Below, piece after piece: positions 23,441-32,922 of a stretch of 64,000 bases of DNA (positions within the stretch are counted from its first letter, which is position 1; every line of letters begins with the position of its first letter). The stretch is from an uncultured Acetobacteraceae bacterium (lineage in GTDB: Bacteria > Pseudomonadota > Alphaproteobacteria > Acetobacterales > Acetobacteraceae): NCBI GenBank assembly GCA_964247705.1, contig CAXTVQ010000003.1:10568-74567 (forward strand), in the 5' to 3' direction. A model generated the notes under the pieces. That model made no database searches. It saw nothing but the letters and a program-made list of their open reading frames with translations, and had not been told where the DNA came from. A program made the position numbers and the translations under genes.

Positions 23441-24409
23441 CTAGAGCCGCACCAAGGCCGATCCCCAGGTAAGGCCGCCACCAAGCGCTTCGAGCACGAG
23501 CAGGTCGCCGCGCGCCATCCGGCCGCCAAGCCACGCATCGGCCAAGGCGAGCGGGATGGACGCTGCGGACGTGTTGGCGTGGCGATCGACGGTGACCACC
23601 ACACGCTCGGCCGGCAAGCCCAGCTTGCGGCCCATCGCATCGATGATGCGGCGATTGGCTTGGTGCGGGACCAGCCAATCGATGTCGGACTGGGTCAGCC
23701 CGTTGGCCGCCAGCGCCTCCTCGACGGCCGAAGACAGCTTGGCGACGGCATGGCGGAAGACTTCGCGCCCGTTCATGCGCAGGTGGCCAGACAGTTCCGG
23801 CCGGCCCACTGCACCATCGACGTAGAGGATGGAACCGAGATCGCCTTGCGCGTGCAGATGCGTGGACAAGATGCCGCGCCCGCTTGCCTCCGGAGACTGG
23901 TCTTCCGCCCGCAGGAAAACGGCGCCGGCGCCGTCACCGAACAGCACGCACGTACCGCGATCGCTCCAGTCCAGGATGCGCGAGTAGACCTCGGAGCCGA
24001 TCACCAGCATGCCGCGGGCCTGTCCCGTACGGATCATGGCGTCGGCAATCCCAAGTGCGTAGATGAACCCACTGCAGGCCGCTGACACGTCGAAGCCGAA
24101 TCCGCCGCAGCCGAGCGCCGCCTGCACGCCGAGGGCGGTGGCGGGGAACGCCTGGTCCGGCGTGCTGGTGGCCAGGATGATAGCGTCCACGTCCGTCGAG
24201 CGGGCGCCGGCGTGATCCAGGGCCGCGGCCGCAGCCCGGGCGCCCATGTAGGCGGCGGTCTCGTGAGGCTGGGCCAAATGGCGTTGCCGGATACCGGTCC
24301 GCTCGACGATCCATTCGTCCGAGGTGTCCAGCGTCTTGGCCAACTCGGCGTTGGTCACCACCCGCTCGGGCAGATACGCACCGACGCCCTCCATCACCGC
24401 CCGCAGCAT
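23441..24409 (-). CDS. fabH: Beta-ketoacyl-ACP synthase III
   Basis: ATG 24409 (MLRAVMEGVGAYLP). Active-site DVSAACSGF, HQAN and DRHANTSAAS motifs are present. The N-terminal extension in the ORF track overlaps plsX and was rejected. Confidence 0.95.
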   Translation of the reverse strand: MLRAVMEGVGAYLPERVVTNAELAKTLDTSDEWIVERTGIRQRHLAQPHETAAYMGARAAAAALDHAGARSTDVDAIILATSTPDQAFPATALGVQAALGCGGFGFDVSAACSGFIYALGIADAMIRTGQARGMLVIGSEVYSRILDWSDRGTCVLFGDGAGAVFLRAEDQSPEASGRGILSTHLHAQGDLGSILYVDGAVGRPELSGHLRMNGREVFRHAVAKLSSAVEEALAANGLTQSDIDWLVPHQANRRIIDAMGRKLGLPAERVVVTVDRHANTSAASIPLALADAWLGGRMARGDLLVLEALGGGLTWGSALVRL

Positions 24410-25506
24410 CAGCGGGAGGCCGCCAGCACCGGCCCAGTGCCGTTCCCGAGGCCGGCAATAAGGGCCAGGCCGTCGCGGATCTTCGCATTGAAGCCGTGCA
24501 CGACCATGTCGATCGCGACGTCGGTCGCGTAGGCGAACTGCTCGGCATCGGTCCCACCGTGGGACTTCACCACGACGCCATTGAGACCAAGCATGATGGC
24601 TCCGTTGTAGCGCCGGGGATCGACCCATTCGCGGAGACGCTCGAGCCCAGGGCGGGCCAGCACGTAGGCCAAGCGGCCGGCCACGCTGCTGCTGAACACC
24701 TGCCTCAGCAGGGTGAAAACCAGTTTGAGCGCGCCCTCGCCGGTCTTGAGGGCAATGTTCCCCGTGAAACCGTCTGTGACCACCACGTCCGTCGTGCCGG
24801 CAGCGATGTCGTCCCCCTCGACGAAACCGTGGAACTGCGGGCCGATATGGCTGGCCCGGAGGATCTCGGCGGCCTGGCGCACACGGTCGTCGCCCTTGAG
24901 TTCCTCCGACCCGATGTTGAGCAGCCCGATCGTCGGTGCGGGCAGGCCCAATACGGCACGGGCGAACACGTCGCCCATCACCGCGAACTCCACGAGATTG
25001 CGGGAGTCGCAAACCGCATTGGCGCCGAGGTCGAGCATGACCACGTCCCCTTTGGCCGAGGGCGCGAGTGCAGCCAGGGCCGGCCTGTCGATACCCGGCA
25101 GCGTCTTGATGACGATCTTGGCCAGCGCCATCAGGGCACCGGTGTTGCCGGCGGAGATCACGCCGGACGCCTCACCCGCAGCGACCGCGTCGATGGCCAG
25201 CCGCATGGACCCGTTGCGCACGCGCAGGGCCGCGGTCGGCTTCATATCCATGCCGATGACATCGGGAGCATGACGCACCGTGCAGCACTCGGTCAGACGC
25301 TTGCGCATCATCAGCGGACGCAGGCGAGCCTCGTCGCCAACGACGAGGAACTTCGCTCCAGGATGGCGCTCGGCTGCGATTGCCAGTCCGTCGATGACGA
25401 CGCCGGGTGCACGGTCGCCCCCCATCGCGTCCACGGCCAGAGTGAACACATTTCCAGTCGGAGAGCTGGACGTATCGCTCACGCCGGCCACCGTCGTCCG
25501 GCGCAT
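24409..25506 (-). CDS. plsX: Phosphate acyltransferase PlsX
   Basis: LAVDAMGGDRAP N-terminal signature. 365 aa. rpmF-plsX-fabH order. Confidence 0.95.
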   Translation of the reverse strand: MRRTTVAGVSDTSSSPTGNVFTLAVDAMGGDRAPGVVIDGLAIAAERHPGAKFLVVGDEARLRPLMMRKRLTECCTVRHAPDVIGMDMKPTAALRVRNGSMRLAIDAVAAGEASGVISAGNTGALMALAKIVIKTLPGIDRPALAALAPSAKGDVVMLDLGANAVCDSRNLVEFAVMGDVFARAVLGLPAPTIGLLNIGSEELKGDDRVRQAAEILRASHIGPQFHGFVEGDDIAAGTTDVVVTDGFTGNIALKTGEGALKLVFTLLRQVFSSSVAGRLAYVLARPGLERLREWVDPRRYNGAIMLGLNGVVVKSHGGTDAEQFAYATDVAIDMVVHGFNAKIRDGLALIAGLGNGTGPVLAASR

Positions 25507-25516
25507 TGCCGGCAGT

Positions 25517-25720
25517 TCAGACCCGGACAGCGCCCTTCAGCGCCTTGCCGGCAGCAACCACTTCGCGGCCGTCGTAATGACCGCAATGCGAGCAGACGTG
25601 GTGAGGGCGCTTCAGCTCGCCGCAATTTGCACATTCCGCATGCGCCTCAACGGTCAATGCATGGTGGCTACGGCGCATGCCCATGCGGGATTGCGACGTC
25701 TTTTTCTTTGGAACGGCCAT
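25517..25720 (-). CDS. rpmF: 50S ribosomal protein L32
   Basis: [19 protein letters not shown] plus the zinc-ribbon cysteines (CANCG...CSHCG). Confidence 0.97.
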   Translation of the reverse strand: MAVPKKKTSQSRMGMRRSHHALTVEAHAECANCGELKRPHHVCSHCGHYDGREVVAAGKALKGAVRV

Positions 25721-25863
25721 GGGCGAACGCCCTCCGGGACTACGTGAGGCAGACCGCTGCCCGCTACCGGCACGATCCTACGTCACAAATTGGCAATAGC
25801 ATAAGGCGCGCCGTCTAGCAGAGCGGCCGCCTGCCCGCAAGCGCCCACAAGAGAACGGACCGG

Positions 25864-26364
25864 CTAGTCCGGCTTGCGGAGTTTCGCCAAGGCGCTGAAA
25901 GCCGTGTCCGGCGCGTCGTCCATGGTCAGGGGCAGTTCGGCACCCGGCTTACGCGGATATGGATCGAGGGCCAAAGCGAGCTGCTCGACCGTTGCCTCCC
26001 CCAACTCCAGGACACCGTTCTCGATCGGCAACTCATCCGGCTCGTCGGGATCGTCGGCCTCCTCGCTTTCCTGTCCCGCCGGTACGAACCGCACGGCGAA
26101 CTCCTCGACGACGGTCACCGGAAAAGCGTCCAGCGAGACGACACATTCCTGGTGCAACCGGGCCCGGAGCGAACCCTCAGCCTCGACTGCGCCGTCCGGG
26201 GCCGGCCTCAGTGACCATTGGCAAGACACAGACTCGACCGAAGGAACCAGCAGGCGGGTTGCGATGGCGGCGCACTCCGCCGCCGTGGCCTCGACATCGA
26301 TCTTGTAGCCGGTTGGGCCGATCCGGTCGGCCGGCAACAGGCGGGATAGCTCGGGCGTGCTCAC
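25864..26364 (-). CDS. YceD/DUF177-family protein
   Basis: Conserved position upstream of rpmF. An acidic linker and CVVSLD block are present. GTG start overlaps the upstream stop. Confidence 0.78.
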   Translation of the reverse strand: MSTPELSRLLPADRIGPTGYKIDVEATAAECAAIATRLLVPSVESVSCQWSLRPAPDGAVEAEGSLRARLHQECVVSLDAFPVTVVEEFAVRFVPAGQESEEADDPDEPDELPIENGVLELGEATVEQLALALDPYPRKPGAELPLTMDDAPDTAFSALAKLRKPD

Positions 26365-26897
26365 GACGGCTCCGGCCCCACAAAGCGGAAACGGCCGGAC
26401 AGCAGATCGTCCGACGGCGCCGCGTCCACCCTTGCCGCCTGCGTCCGGACGATTGCCGCCAACCGGGCAGCGCCCGACGACTCGGCGCCGCGCCAGATGT
26501 TCTTGCTCAGCGCCGCTTCCAGCGCCGCCGCATCGGGGGAAGCCAGAGCGGCCTCATAAGCGGTGGCGCGGCCGTGAAATGCCTCCCACATCGCGCGCAC
26601 ATTGCGGGCGAGCCGCATGTCGCTCACGCCCAGTTCGCGCAGGTTGATATCCATATCGGAGAACATGGCATCGAAAACCGCCTGAGCGACCGCACCCCCC
26701 GGCGCGGGCAAGGCGCGCAACCGCCGGATCAGGAGCGAGGCATACAGACCAACCAGGTCGAACCGCCCGTCCAGAGTATCTGGGACGCCAAGCTCAGCGT
26801 AGAACAGCGGCGTGCGCGCCATCGCGACGGCCCCATTGTAGAGTTCGAACCCGGTGCGTTCGTAACGACTACGCCCGAGTAGACCGAAGAAGGCCAT
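26361..26897 (-). CDS. Ubiquinol-cytochrome c chaperone (Cbp3-like) family protein
   Basis: LYNGAVAMARTPLFY...PDTLDGRFDLVGLY...FSDMD is typical of this family. Conserved neighbour of DUF177 in alphaproteobacteria. Confidence 0.78.
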   Translation of the reverse strand: MAFFGLLGRSRYERTGFELYNGAVAMARTPLFYAELGVPDTLDGRFDLVGLYASLLIRRLRALPAPGGAVAQAVFDAMFSDMDINLRELGVSDMRLARNVRAMWEAFHGRATAYEAALASPDAAALEAALSKNIWRGAESSGAARLAAIVRTQAARVDAAPSDDLLSGRFRFVGPEPS

Positions 26898-27041
26898 ACC
26901 TGCCCCAATTCAAACCGTTGACAGCCGCGGACTTCGGACGGCCGGGCATGACACGCCGGCCCGGCCTGTGGTATCCGGCCATCGCCACATAACGCGGCGG
27001 GATGCCGGGTCAACCACCAAGCCACCGGCGAGGACGATACC

Positions 27042-27527
27042 TTGAAACGCTCTGCCTTTCTCCTGCTGCTTCTGACCGGTCTGGCTGGAGGCTGCTCCGT
27101 CCTGGAATACCCGGCGCAAGTCCGCGGCAACCGGGTCACGGCAGATCAGTTGAAGGAGCTCGTTCCCGGCACGTCGACCCGGCAGGACGCCACGAGCCTG
27201 CTCGGCTCGCCGACCGCCAAGGCGTCCTTCGACGACAATACCTGGATCTATATCAGCGAAGTCACGCAGCCCCGCGTGGGCCGGGTTCAGGGGATCAACA
27301 GCCAGGACGTCGTAGAACTGTCCTTCGACGACCGAGGCGTATTGCGCGACGTCAAGCAGCTCAGCCAGAAGGACCACAAGGACGTGGATGTCGTCTCCCG
27401 CGCGACGCCTTCACCGGGAAGCGAAGCCACGTTCCTGCAGCAGCTACTCGGCAACGTGGGACGGTTCAGCGCCGGCCCGGCGGGCGGTGCCGGGGGTGCC
27501 CCGAGCGCCGCGATCGGGGGGCAGTAG
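27042..27527 (+). CDS. bamE: Outer membrane protein assembly factor BamE (SmpA/OmlA)
   Basis: TTG start 7 nt after GAGGA. Lipobox LAGGCS. RGNRVTADQLKELVPGTSTRQDATSLLGSP resembles the BamE core. Confidence 0.8.
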   Translation: MKRSAFLLLLLTGLAGGCSVLEYPAQVRGNRVTADQLKELVPGTSTRQDATSLLGSPTAKASFDDNTWIYISEVTQPRVGRVQGINSQDVVELSFDDRGVLRDVKQLSQKDHKDVDVVSRATPSPGSEATFLQQLLGNVGRFSAGPAGGAGGAPSAAIGGQ

Positions 27528-27558
27528 CGTTCGCACCTAGCGCCGCGCCGCGGCTTGC

Positions 27559-28470
27559 CTATTCCGGCACGAACTCGAGTGCGCCTATGCCGAGCTTGCC
27601 TAGGCCTTTGCTGACCTTCATCCAGTCCCGCGGGCGCCGGGTGGCAGCCCAAAGCGGGCCGAAGACACCGAGTTGCGCCAGGCCCACGGCGAGGGTTCCC
27701 AAGCGCGTGACGAGCTTGTGGTCGCTGACCGCCAGCCGCACCGCTGCCGAGTGCCGTGCGCTGCGCTGGAGCCGCCGGGCCATGTAGGTGACCGTCAATC
27801 GACCGGCCTCGTTCATTTCGCTGACCTTCGCATCCGGGCACCAGACAAATCGGCGACCAGCCTTGATCAGGCTGAACAGCAGCTTCGTGTCCTCGCCCCC
27901 GGAACGGCCGAACACCTCGTCGAACGGCGCCGGCCCGGACAGGCATGTGGCACGCCGCAGCATGGAATTGCCAGTGCCAAGCCCACGCGGCTGTGGCGGC
28001 CACCAGTCGAGCGGCCGGAGCGGCGTATCGGCGGGCAAGTGGAAGTCGGTCGTGTAGAACGCGCCCGCCGGATCCCAGGACGGCGCTGCACCGCCCTCGA
28101 ACACCGGGTATTTCGGTCCGAAACTGGCGTCCGCGCCGGTCCGCTGAAGACAGGCATAGTGAGCGGCGAGCCAACCCGGTTCCGGCGCTTCGTCATCGTC
28201 CACGAAAGCTATATAGGCGCCCGCAGCCGCCGCAATACCGTGGTTTCGGGCCGTCGCGATGTTGCGCTCGCCTGCCTCGACGTGGCGCACGGGAACCGGC
28301 GCGGCCAAGCCGGCGAGCAACGGTCCGGCAAGGCGAGCCGGGTGGTTATCGGCAACCACAATCTCCCATGCCACGCCGACCTGCTGTGAGAAACAGGCGC
28401 GCAGGGCACGTTCGAGCAGCGCAATGCGGTCATAACACGGTATGACGACACTGATGACGGGATCAGCCAC
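27559..28470 (-). CDS. Family 2 glycosyltransferase
   Basis: VISVVIPCYDR...FVDDDE (GT2 DxD). Start placed at GTG 28470, 6 nt after AGGAG. The longer ORF-track start (28539) would overlap the divergent gene. Confidence 0.83.
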   Translation of the reverse strand: MADPVISVVIPCYDRIALLERALRACFSQQVGVAWEIVVADNHPARLAGPLLAGLAAPVPVRHVEAGERNIATARNHGIAAAAGAYIAFVDDDEAPEPGWLAAHYACLQRTGADASFGPKYPVFEGGAAPSWDPAGAFYTTDFHLPADTPLRPLDWWPPQPRGLGTGNSMLRRATCLSGPAPFDEVFGRSGGEDTKLLFSLIKAGRRFVWCPDAKVSEMNEAGRLTVTYMARRLQRSARHSAAVRLAVSDHKLVTRLGTLAVGLAQLGVFGPLWAATRRPRDWMKVSKGLGKLGIGALEFVPE

Positions 28471-28499
28471 GGCTTGCTCCTGAACGGCGGATTGTTTGC

Positions 28500-29909
28500 A
28501 TGGGGCCTGTGATGAGCGGCGGGACGGACACAGATTCACCGGCTTGGGTTGACCGGTTGACGACCGTCATCCTGATGCTCGTGCTAGTCTACGTCATCAT
28601 CGGCATACCTGTCTTCAACCGCAGCGTCGACGCGGATCTGCAGACGGATATGGTGGATCCGTTGCACCGTTTCGCCTGGATCGCCCTGTTTGCCGCGTCA
28701 TTGCCGGTTGCCGCCGCGCGATGGCGCCAGTCGCTGCGGTTGCTGGCGGCGAGTTGGCCGCTGATCCTGCTCTATGCCTTTTTCGGCCTGAGCATTCTCT
28801 GGGCGCTCGACCCCCCTGTTGCGTTCCGGCGCTGGCTACTGACGGTGATCCAGATGCTGCTCGGGGTGGTGCTGATCTCCGGGCTGCGGCGGTCGGCGAC
28901 GCTGCATGTCCTGATCGTCATCGCCTGTATCACGGGTGCGGTGGCAGATCTGCTGTCCTACGTCGTGGCGCCGGGCTACGCGATGGCGGAGGACGGGTTT
29001 GTCGGCCTGCAACTGCAGAAAAACGTGACCGGGTTACTGATGATGTACGGCTGCCTCTCGGCCGGCACGGGCTATTTCCTGGTACGGAGCCGCAAGCTCC
29101 GCGCCGCCATCGTCTGCGGTGTCGTCTTGATGCTGGGCCTGCTGGTCGCCTCCAGATCCACCACCAGCCAATCGGTCGTGTTCATGACGCCTGCGGTCGT
29201 AGCGGCCATGTTGCTGCTGGCCCGTATGACCAAGTTCGGCGCTTGGGCGATCGTCTCGGCCGTCCTTGCCCTGCTGGCCGCGGTCGTGTTCGGCTACTTC
29301 GCCTGGTGCGGCCTGACGGGAGCCGATCCACACGCGCCCTTTGCGGAGATGACGTTCACGAACCGGACCGACATCTGGTGGTTCGTGCTCGGCGAGATCC
29401 AGAAACGCCCCTTGCTTGGCGCGGGGTATGGCTCGTTCTGGGCGATCGATCCCTCGGTCCAGCCGAGCCTGAAATCCGACGATTGGTTCGGCACCTACGC
29501 CATCATCAACGAGGCGCATAACGGCTACCTCGATCTGCTGGCGATGGTGGGCATCGTGGGCCTGGTCGCGAGCCTCGCCGTGGTGTTGCGCACCATGGGG
29601 ATCGCCGGCCGAGCAGTGGGCCAGGCCGAACCGACGGCATCAGCATGGCTGAGCGGACGGATGGCGCGCCCGACGGCAGTGTTCCACATGGCCCTGCTTG
29701 TCGGGTTGTTGGTGCACAACCTGACGGAATCCAACCTGTTCTCCAACAACTCGACCCTGGTCGTAGCCTTTGTCCTGACGGCGCTGGACCTCGAGAAATG
29801 GCGTCTGGCCGTACCGCGGCGCGCCAGTACGCGCCACCCTAACCCGGCGCTGCTACGACACGCCGCATCGCGTGCGGCCGCAAGCGCCCGTGCAACAGCA
29901 TCGCCATGA
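28500..29909 (+). CDS. O-antigen ligase / Wzy-like polymerase family membrane protein
   Basis: About 10-12 TM helices. The Wzy_C-type motif EAHNGYLDLLAMVGIVGL is present. 469 aa. Confidence 0.8.
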   Translation: MGPVMSGGTDTDSPAWVDRLTTVILMLVLVYVIIGIPVFNRSVDADLQTDMVDPLHRFAWIALFAASLPVAAARWRQSLRLLAASWPLILLYAFFGLSILWALDPPVAFRRWLLTVIQMLLGVVLISGLRRSATLHVLIVIACITGAVADLLSYVVAPGYAMAEDGFVGLQLQKNVTGLLMMYGCLSAGTGYFLVRSRKLRAAIVCGVVLMLGLLVASRSTTSQSVVFMTPAVVAAMLLLARMTKFGAWAIVSAVLALLAAVVFGYFAWCGLTGADPHAPFAEMTFTNRTDIWWFVLGEIQKRPLLGAGYGSFWAIDPSVQPSLKSDDWFGTYAIINEAHNGYLDLLAMVGIVGLVASLAVVLRTMGIAGRAVGQAEPTASAWLSGRMARPTAVFHMALLVGLLVHNLTESNLFSNNSTLVVAFVLTALDLEKWRLAVPRRASTRHPNPALLRHAASRAAASARATASP

Positions 29910-31149
29910 GCGCCATCTGTGTGACCTGACCGAGCATGGTCGCGGCGATTGCGTAGGGGTACGTGAACAGCCAGACCACGACCACAAGCGTCAGGATGGT
30001 CACCATGGCGCCTGCCAGGTCCACCAACGCCAGGCGGCGGAACTCGCCGACGGCGAGCATGCCCGTGTTCAAGGCAGTACAGATGCTGCCGAGAACGACG
30101 TTGCCGCCCCAAAGATAGATCAACGGTCCGACTTCGCGGTAGCGGCCGTGATACAGATCGGCCGAAACCCAAGCCCAACCGGCCAGCACGGCGGCCGACC
30201 AGAGCAGGCTGCAGCAGGCCGTCACACCTGCCCCGATCACCATCGTGCGCATCACGCCGTCGCGGTCTTTCCGCGCCCAGCGCTGCGCCATGTCCGGGAA
30301 ACCGATGGAAGCCCAGGCCGACGACAGGAGCCAAGCCGGCCGGATCAGCACTTGTACCGCCGAGAGCGAGGCGAGCGCCTCCGCGCCGAACCGCCCGACC
30401 GTGACGAAGCTGTAGAGCCGTCCGGTGATCTCATTGGACCCGGCGCCAAGCATCAGCCAGCCAAAGCCGCGCATCACGTGGGCCTGCTGCCGCAACTCGT
30501 GCCAGCGCCACATCGGCCTGATGCCGCCGAGCAAGATGAGCAGCACGGCCGCCGACACGCCGCCGAACGCCAGGCCCGTCAGCAACAGCACACGACCGGC
30601 GTTCGGCGGGTGGCCGGCGGCAAAGTCCAGCCCGAGTGCCAGGGCCGTCACGACCAGGATAGCGCCCGAAAGGCCGGCGGCCAGAGCCGGGCGCTGGCGG
30701 GAGAAGGCATAGGTGCGGACATACTGAAACAGCAGGAAAGCAGGCGTGAACAGGATGGCCGGAGCGGCCGCGAGTTCGGAGCCGGCCCGCGCCAGGAGCC
30801 AGACGCCGACGGCGACAACGGCCATCACGGCGCAGAGCACGGCCAAGGTCGCCGAGAGCATGAAACGTTCCGGCTCCAAGCGATCAGCCATGCGGTCAAG
30901 CGCCGAAGGCAGCCGCGAGAGATGGGCCAGAACGAGCGTGCCTTCCACGACGCCACCGGCGAAAGCGACCGACAGCCAGAACACGTAGGTGCCGTAAGCG
31001 GCTGCGGCTCCGTTGCGGATCAACCAGAGATTGACGCCGAAGGTCAGCAGGGAGCCGAACCCCTGCTCCATGAGAGAGAGTGCAAACCTCATGCGGGCAT
31101 CGTTGCGCCGGAGGAACCCGGGTCTGGTTGGCCACCTGAGAGGTTTCAT
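29839..31149 (-). CDS. Polysaccharide flippase-like (Wzx/MOP superfamily) membrane protein
   Basis: Polytopic, about 12-14 TM helices, with the general layout of an oligosaccharide flippase. Start uncertain (ATG 31149 or ATG 31092). Convergent 71-nt overlap with the Wzy-like gene. Confidence 0.65.
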   Translation of the reverse strand: MKPLRWPTRPGFLRRNDARMRFALSLMEQGFGSLLTFGVNLWLIRNGAAAAYGTYVFWLSVAFAGGVVEGTLVLAHLSRLPSALDRMADRLEPERFMLSATLAVLCAVMAVVAVGVWLLARAGSELAAAPAILFTPAFLLFQYVRTYAFSRQRPALAAGLSGAILVVTALALGLDFAAGHPPNAGRVLLLTGLAFGGVSAAVLLILLGGIRPMWRWHELRQQAHVMRGFGWLMLGAGSNEITGRLYSFVTVGRFGAEALASLSAVQVLIRPAWLLSSAWASIGFPDMAQRWARKDRDGVMRTMVIGAGVTACCSLLWSAAVLAGWAWVSADLYHGRYREVGPLIYLWGGNVVLGSICTALNTGMLAVGEFRRLALVDLAGAMVTILTLVVVVWLFTYPYAIAATMLGQVTQMALMAMLLHGRLRPHAMRRVVAAPG

Positions 31150-31234
31150 GAACCCGAACTTCGTATAGTGGCAGGGCAGGAGCGTCCACCGACATGGCTG
31201 GTCGCGCAGAAGGTGCCACCCAGAAGATGAGAAC

Positions 31235-32200
31235 GTGTTAAGCGGCAGCCGCCCGATAGCGACCGGGCCGCATGTCGTGTGCATGCTTGCCGAAGGCAGT
31301 TACTTCCACGGGGTCGCCGCCATGGCGAACTCGTTGGTGCGCAATGGTTTCGCCGGGCATATCGTTGTCGGCTACCGCGGCTCGCTGCCACGCTGGGAAG
31401 GCCCGGTGAGCCCGCAGGCTGGACCGGCACAACCGATTGCGCCCGGTGTGGACATCCTGTTCATGGCCGTCGAGAGCGACTGGCATCTGAGCAATCTCAA
31501 GCCGAGATTTATGCATCAGGTTGCAACAGAGCTTTATCCGGGTTTTGCAAGCATCTGGTATTTCGACGCCGACGTGGTGCTCAAGACGAACTGGGATGCC
31601 TTCGCGCGTTGGGTCGAGGCAGGGTTGGTGTTGGTGCTGGACATGGCCGAAACCTACATGCCGCCCCATCACGCGTTCCGCCGGGAGTGGCAAGCCTTGG
31701 CGCAACGCGCGGGGCTGGGTTACCGCGAGGTGCATGGCTACGTGAACGGCGGCTGCGTCGGTTTGGCGGCTGGGCACCTCGAGTTCCTGGAAGCCTGGGA
31801 AACTCTGCTCCAGACGTATGCCGGCGACGGTGCGGATATGAGCCGGATGATCAATCGCACCGGCAAGCCTGAATACGCCAAGATGGACCAGGACTTGCTC
31901 AATGCCGCCGTGATGGCCACCACCACGCCGTTCTGTGTCCTTGGCGTGGAAGCGATGGACGCGTTTCCGTCGGCCAGCATCATGTCCCACGCCATGGTCT
32001 TCGCCAAGCCCTGGGTGCGGAACTACATCCGCGACGCGATCATCGGGTTCCAACCCGATCCTGCGCACGTTGCATTCTGGTTGTACGCCGAAGGACCGAT
32101 CCGCGCATTCACGGCGGCCGAGTGGCGGCGGAAGATGGCCATCCTGCGCGTGACGAAGCTGCTCGGCTACATCAGACGGCGAACCGTAGCGGACTGGTGA
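31235..32200 (+). CDS. Putative GT-A-fold (GT8-like) glycosyltransferase
   Basis: N-terminal beta-strand/helix HVVCMLAEGSYFHGVAAMANSL and a DxD-like WYFDADVVL. No confident family assignment. GTG start. Confidence 0.5.
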   Translation: MLSGSRPIATGPHVVCMLAEGSYFHGVAAMANSLVRNGFAGHIVVGYRGSLPRWEGPVSPQAGPAQPIAPGVDILFMAVESDWHLSNLKPRFMHQVATELYPGFASIWYFDADVVLKTNWDAFARWVEAGLVLVLDMAETYMPPHHAFRREWQALAQRAGLGYREVHGYVNGGCVGLAAGHLEFLEAWETLLQTYAGDGADMSRMINRTGKPEYAKMDQDLLNAAVMATTTPFCVLGVEAMDAFPSASIMSHAMVFAKPWVRNYIRDAIIGFQPDPAHVAFWLYAEGPIRAFTAAEWRRKMAILRVTKLLGYIRRRTVADW

Positions 32201-32214
32201 CTTCGCCTGCAGAA

Positions 32215-32856
32215 TCAGTGCGGTGACGGACGTTCCACCGGCACCGCGGCCTCGTTGCGGCGAAGGAAGGGCAGTGTCCAGGGTGGATCGTAGAACCAAC
32301 TAACGGGGTCGCCGACCGGCCCCCAGCCGCTGCCCTCCAGGATCTGGAGCAATTCGCGTTGGGCTGCGGCGGTGGCGGCCGGGTCGGTCGAACCGCTGTA
32401 ACGGTAAACGCCGATGGTCTGCGGCGGAACGGCCACGATATGCACCGCCGGGTTGTTCGGGCGGGGCAGCGTGTCCAGCGTGTAGTTGGCCGGCATGAAG
32501 AAACGGATACGCCATTGGCCGTCGGCGGCACGGTCCTGGACGACGGGCGCCGTCATGTCGATCGTCTTGGAGCCAGCTTCCTGGGCAACCGGGGCGGTCA
32601 TGGCAATGCTGGACCGCGCCGTGTTGTCACCGAAGATGTAACCGGCCAGTCGGCGAAACCCGTCGCTCCGGCTGGCCAACTCGTTGCCACCCACTGTCGT
32701 TTCAGCAGCGATGCGCGGGCCATATTGCCGGATCTCCAGTGCTCCCACCGTCTCGACCACGGTGTAATGAGCCTCCTCGGTGCCAGAGCGGATGCCGACC
32801 ACGGAACATCCGGCAAGGAGAACGGAGGAGATCAGGGGCACGATCCTGGATTTCAT
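32215..32856 (-). CDS. SOUL heme-binding-family lipoprotein
   Basis: ATG 32856. Lipobox LLAGCS. LEIRQYGPRIAAET and FRRLAGYIFGDN are SOUL/HBP signatures. The upstream part of ORF 32215..33525 was rejected. Confidence 0.78.
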   Translation of the reverse strand: MKSRIVPLISSVLLAGCSVVGIRSGTEEAHYTVVETVGALEIRQYGPRIAAETTVGGNELASRSDGFRRLAGYIFGDNTARSSIAMTAPVAQEAGSKTIDMTAPVVQDRAADGQWRIRFFMPANYTLDTLPRPNNPAVHIVAVPPQTIGVYRYSGSTDPAATAAAQRELLQILEGSGWGPVGDPVSWFYDPPWTLPFLRRNEAAVPVERPSPH

Positions 32857-32922
32857 CCGCTGTGAACCCCGCCCTGCCCCGCTTGGTTGCACGGCTGGCC
32901 CAGGTCGCGCACAACCATCGCC

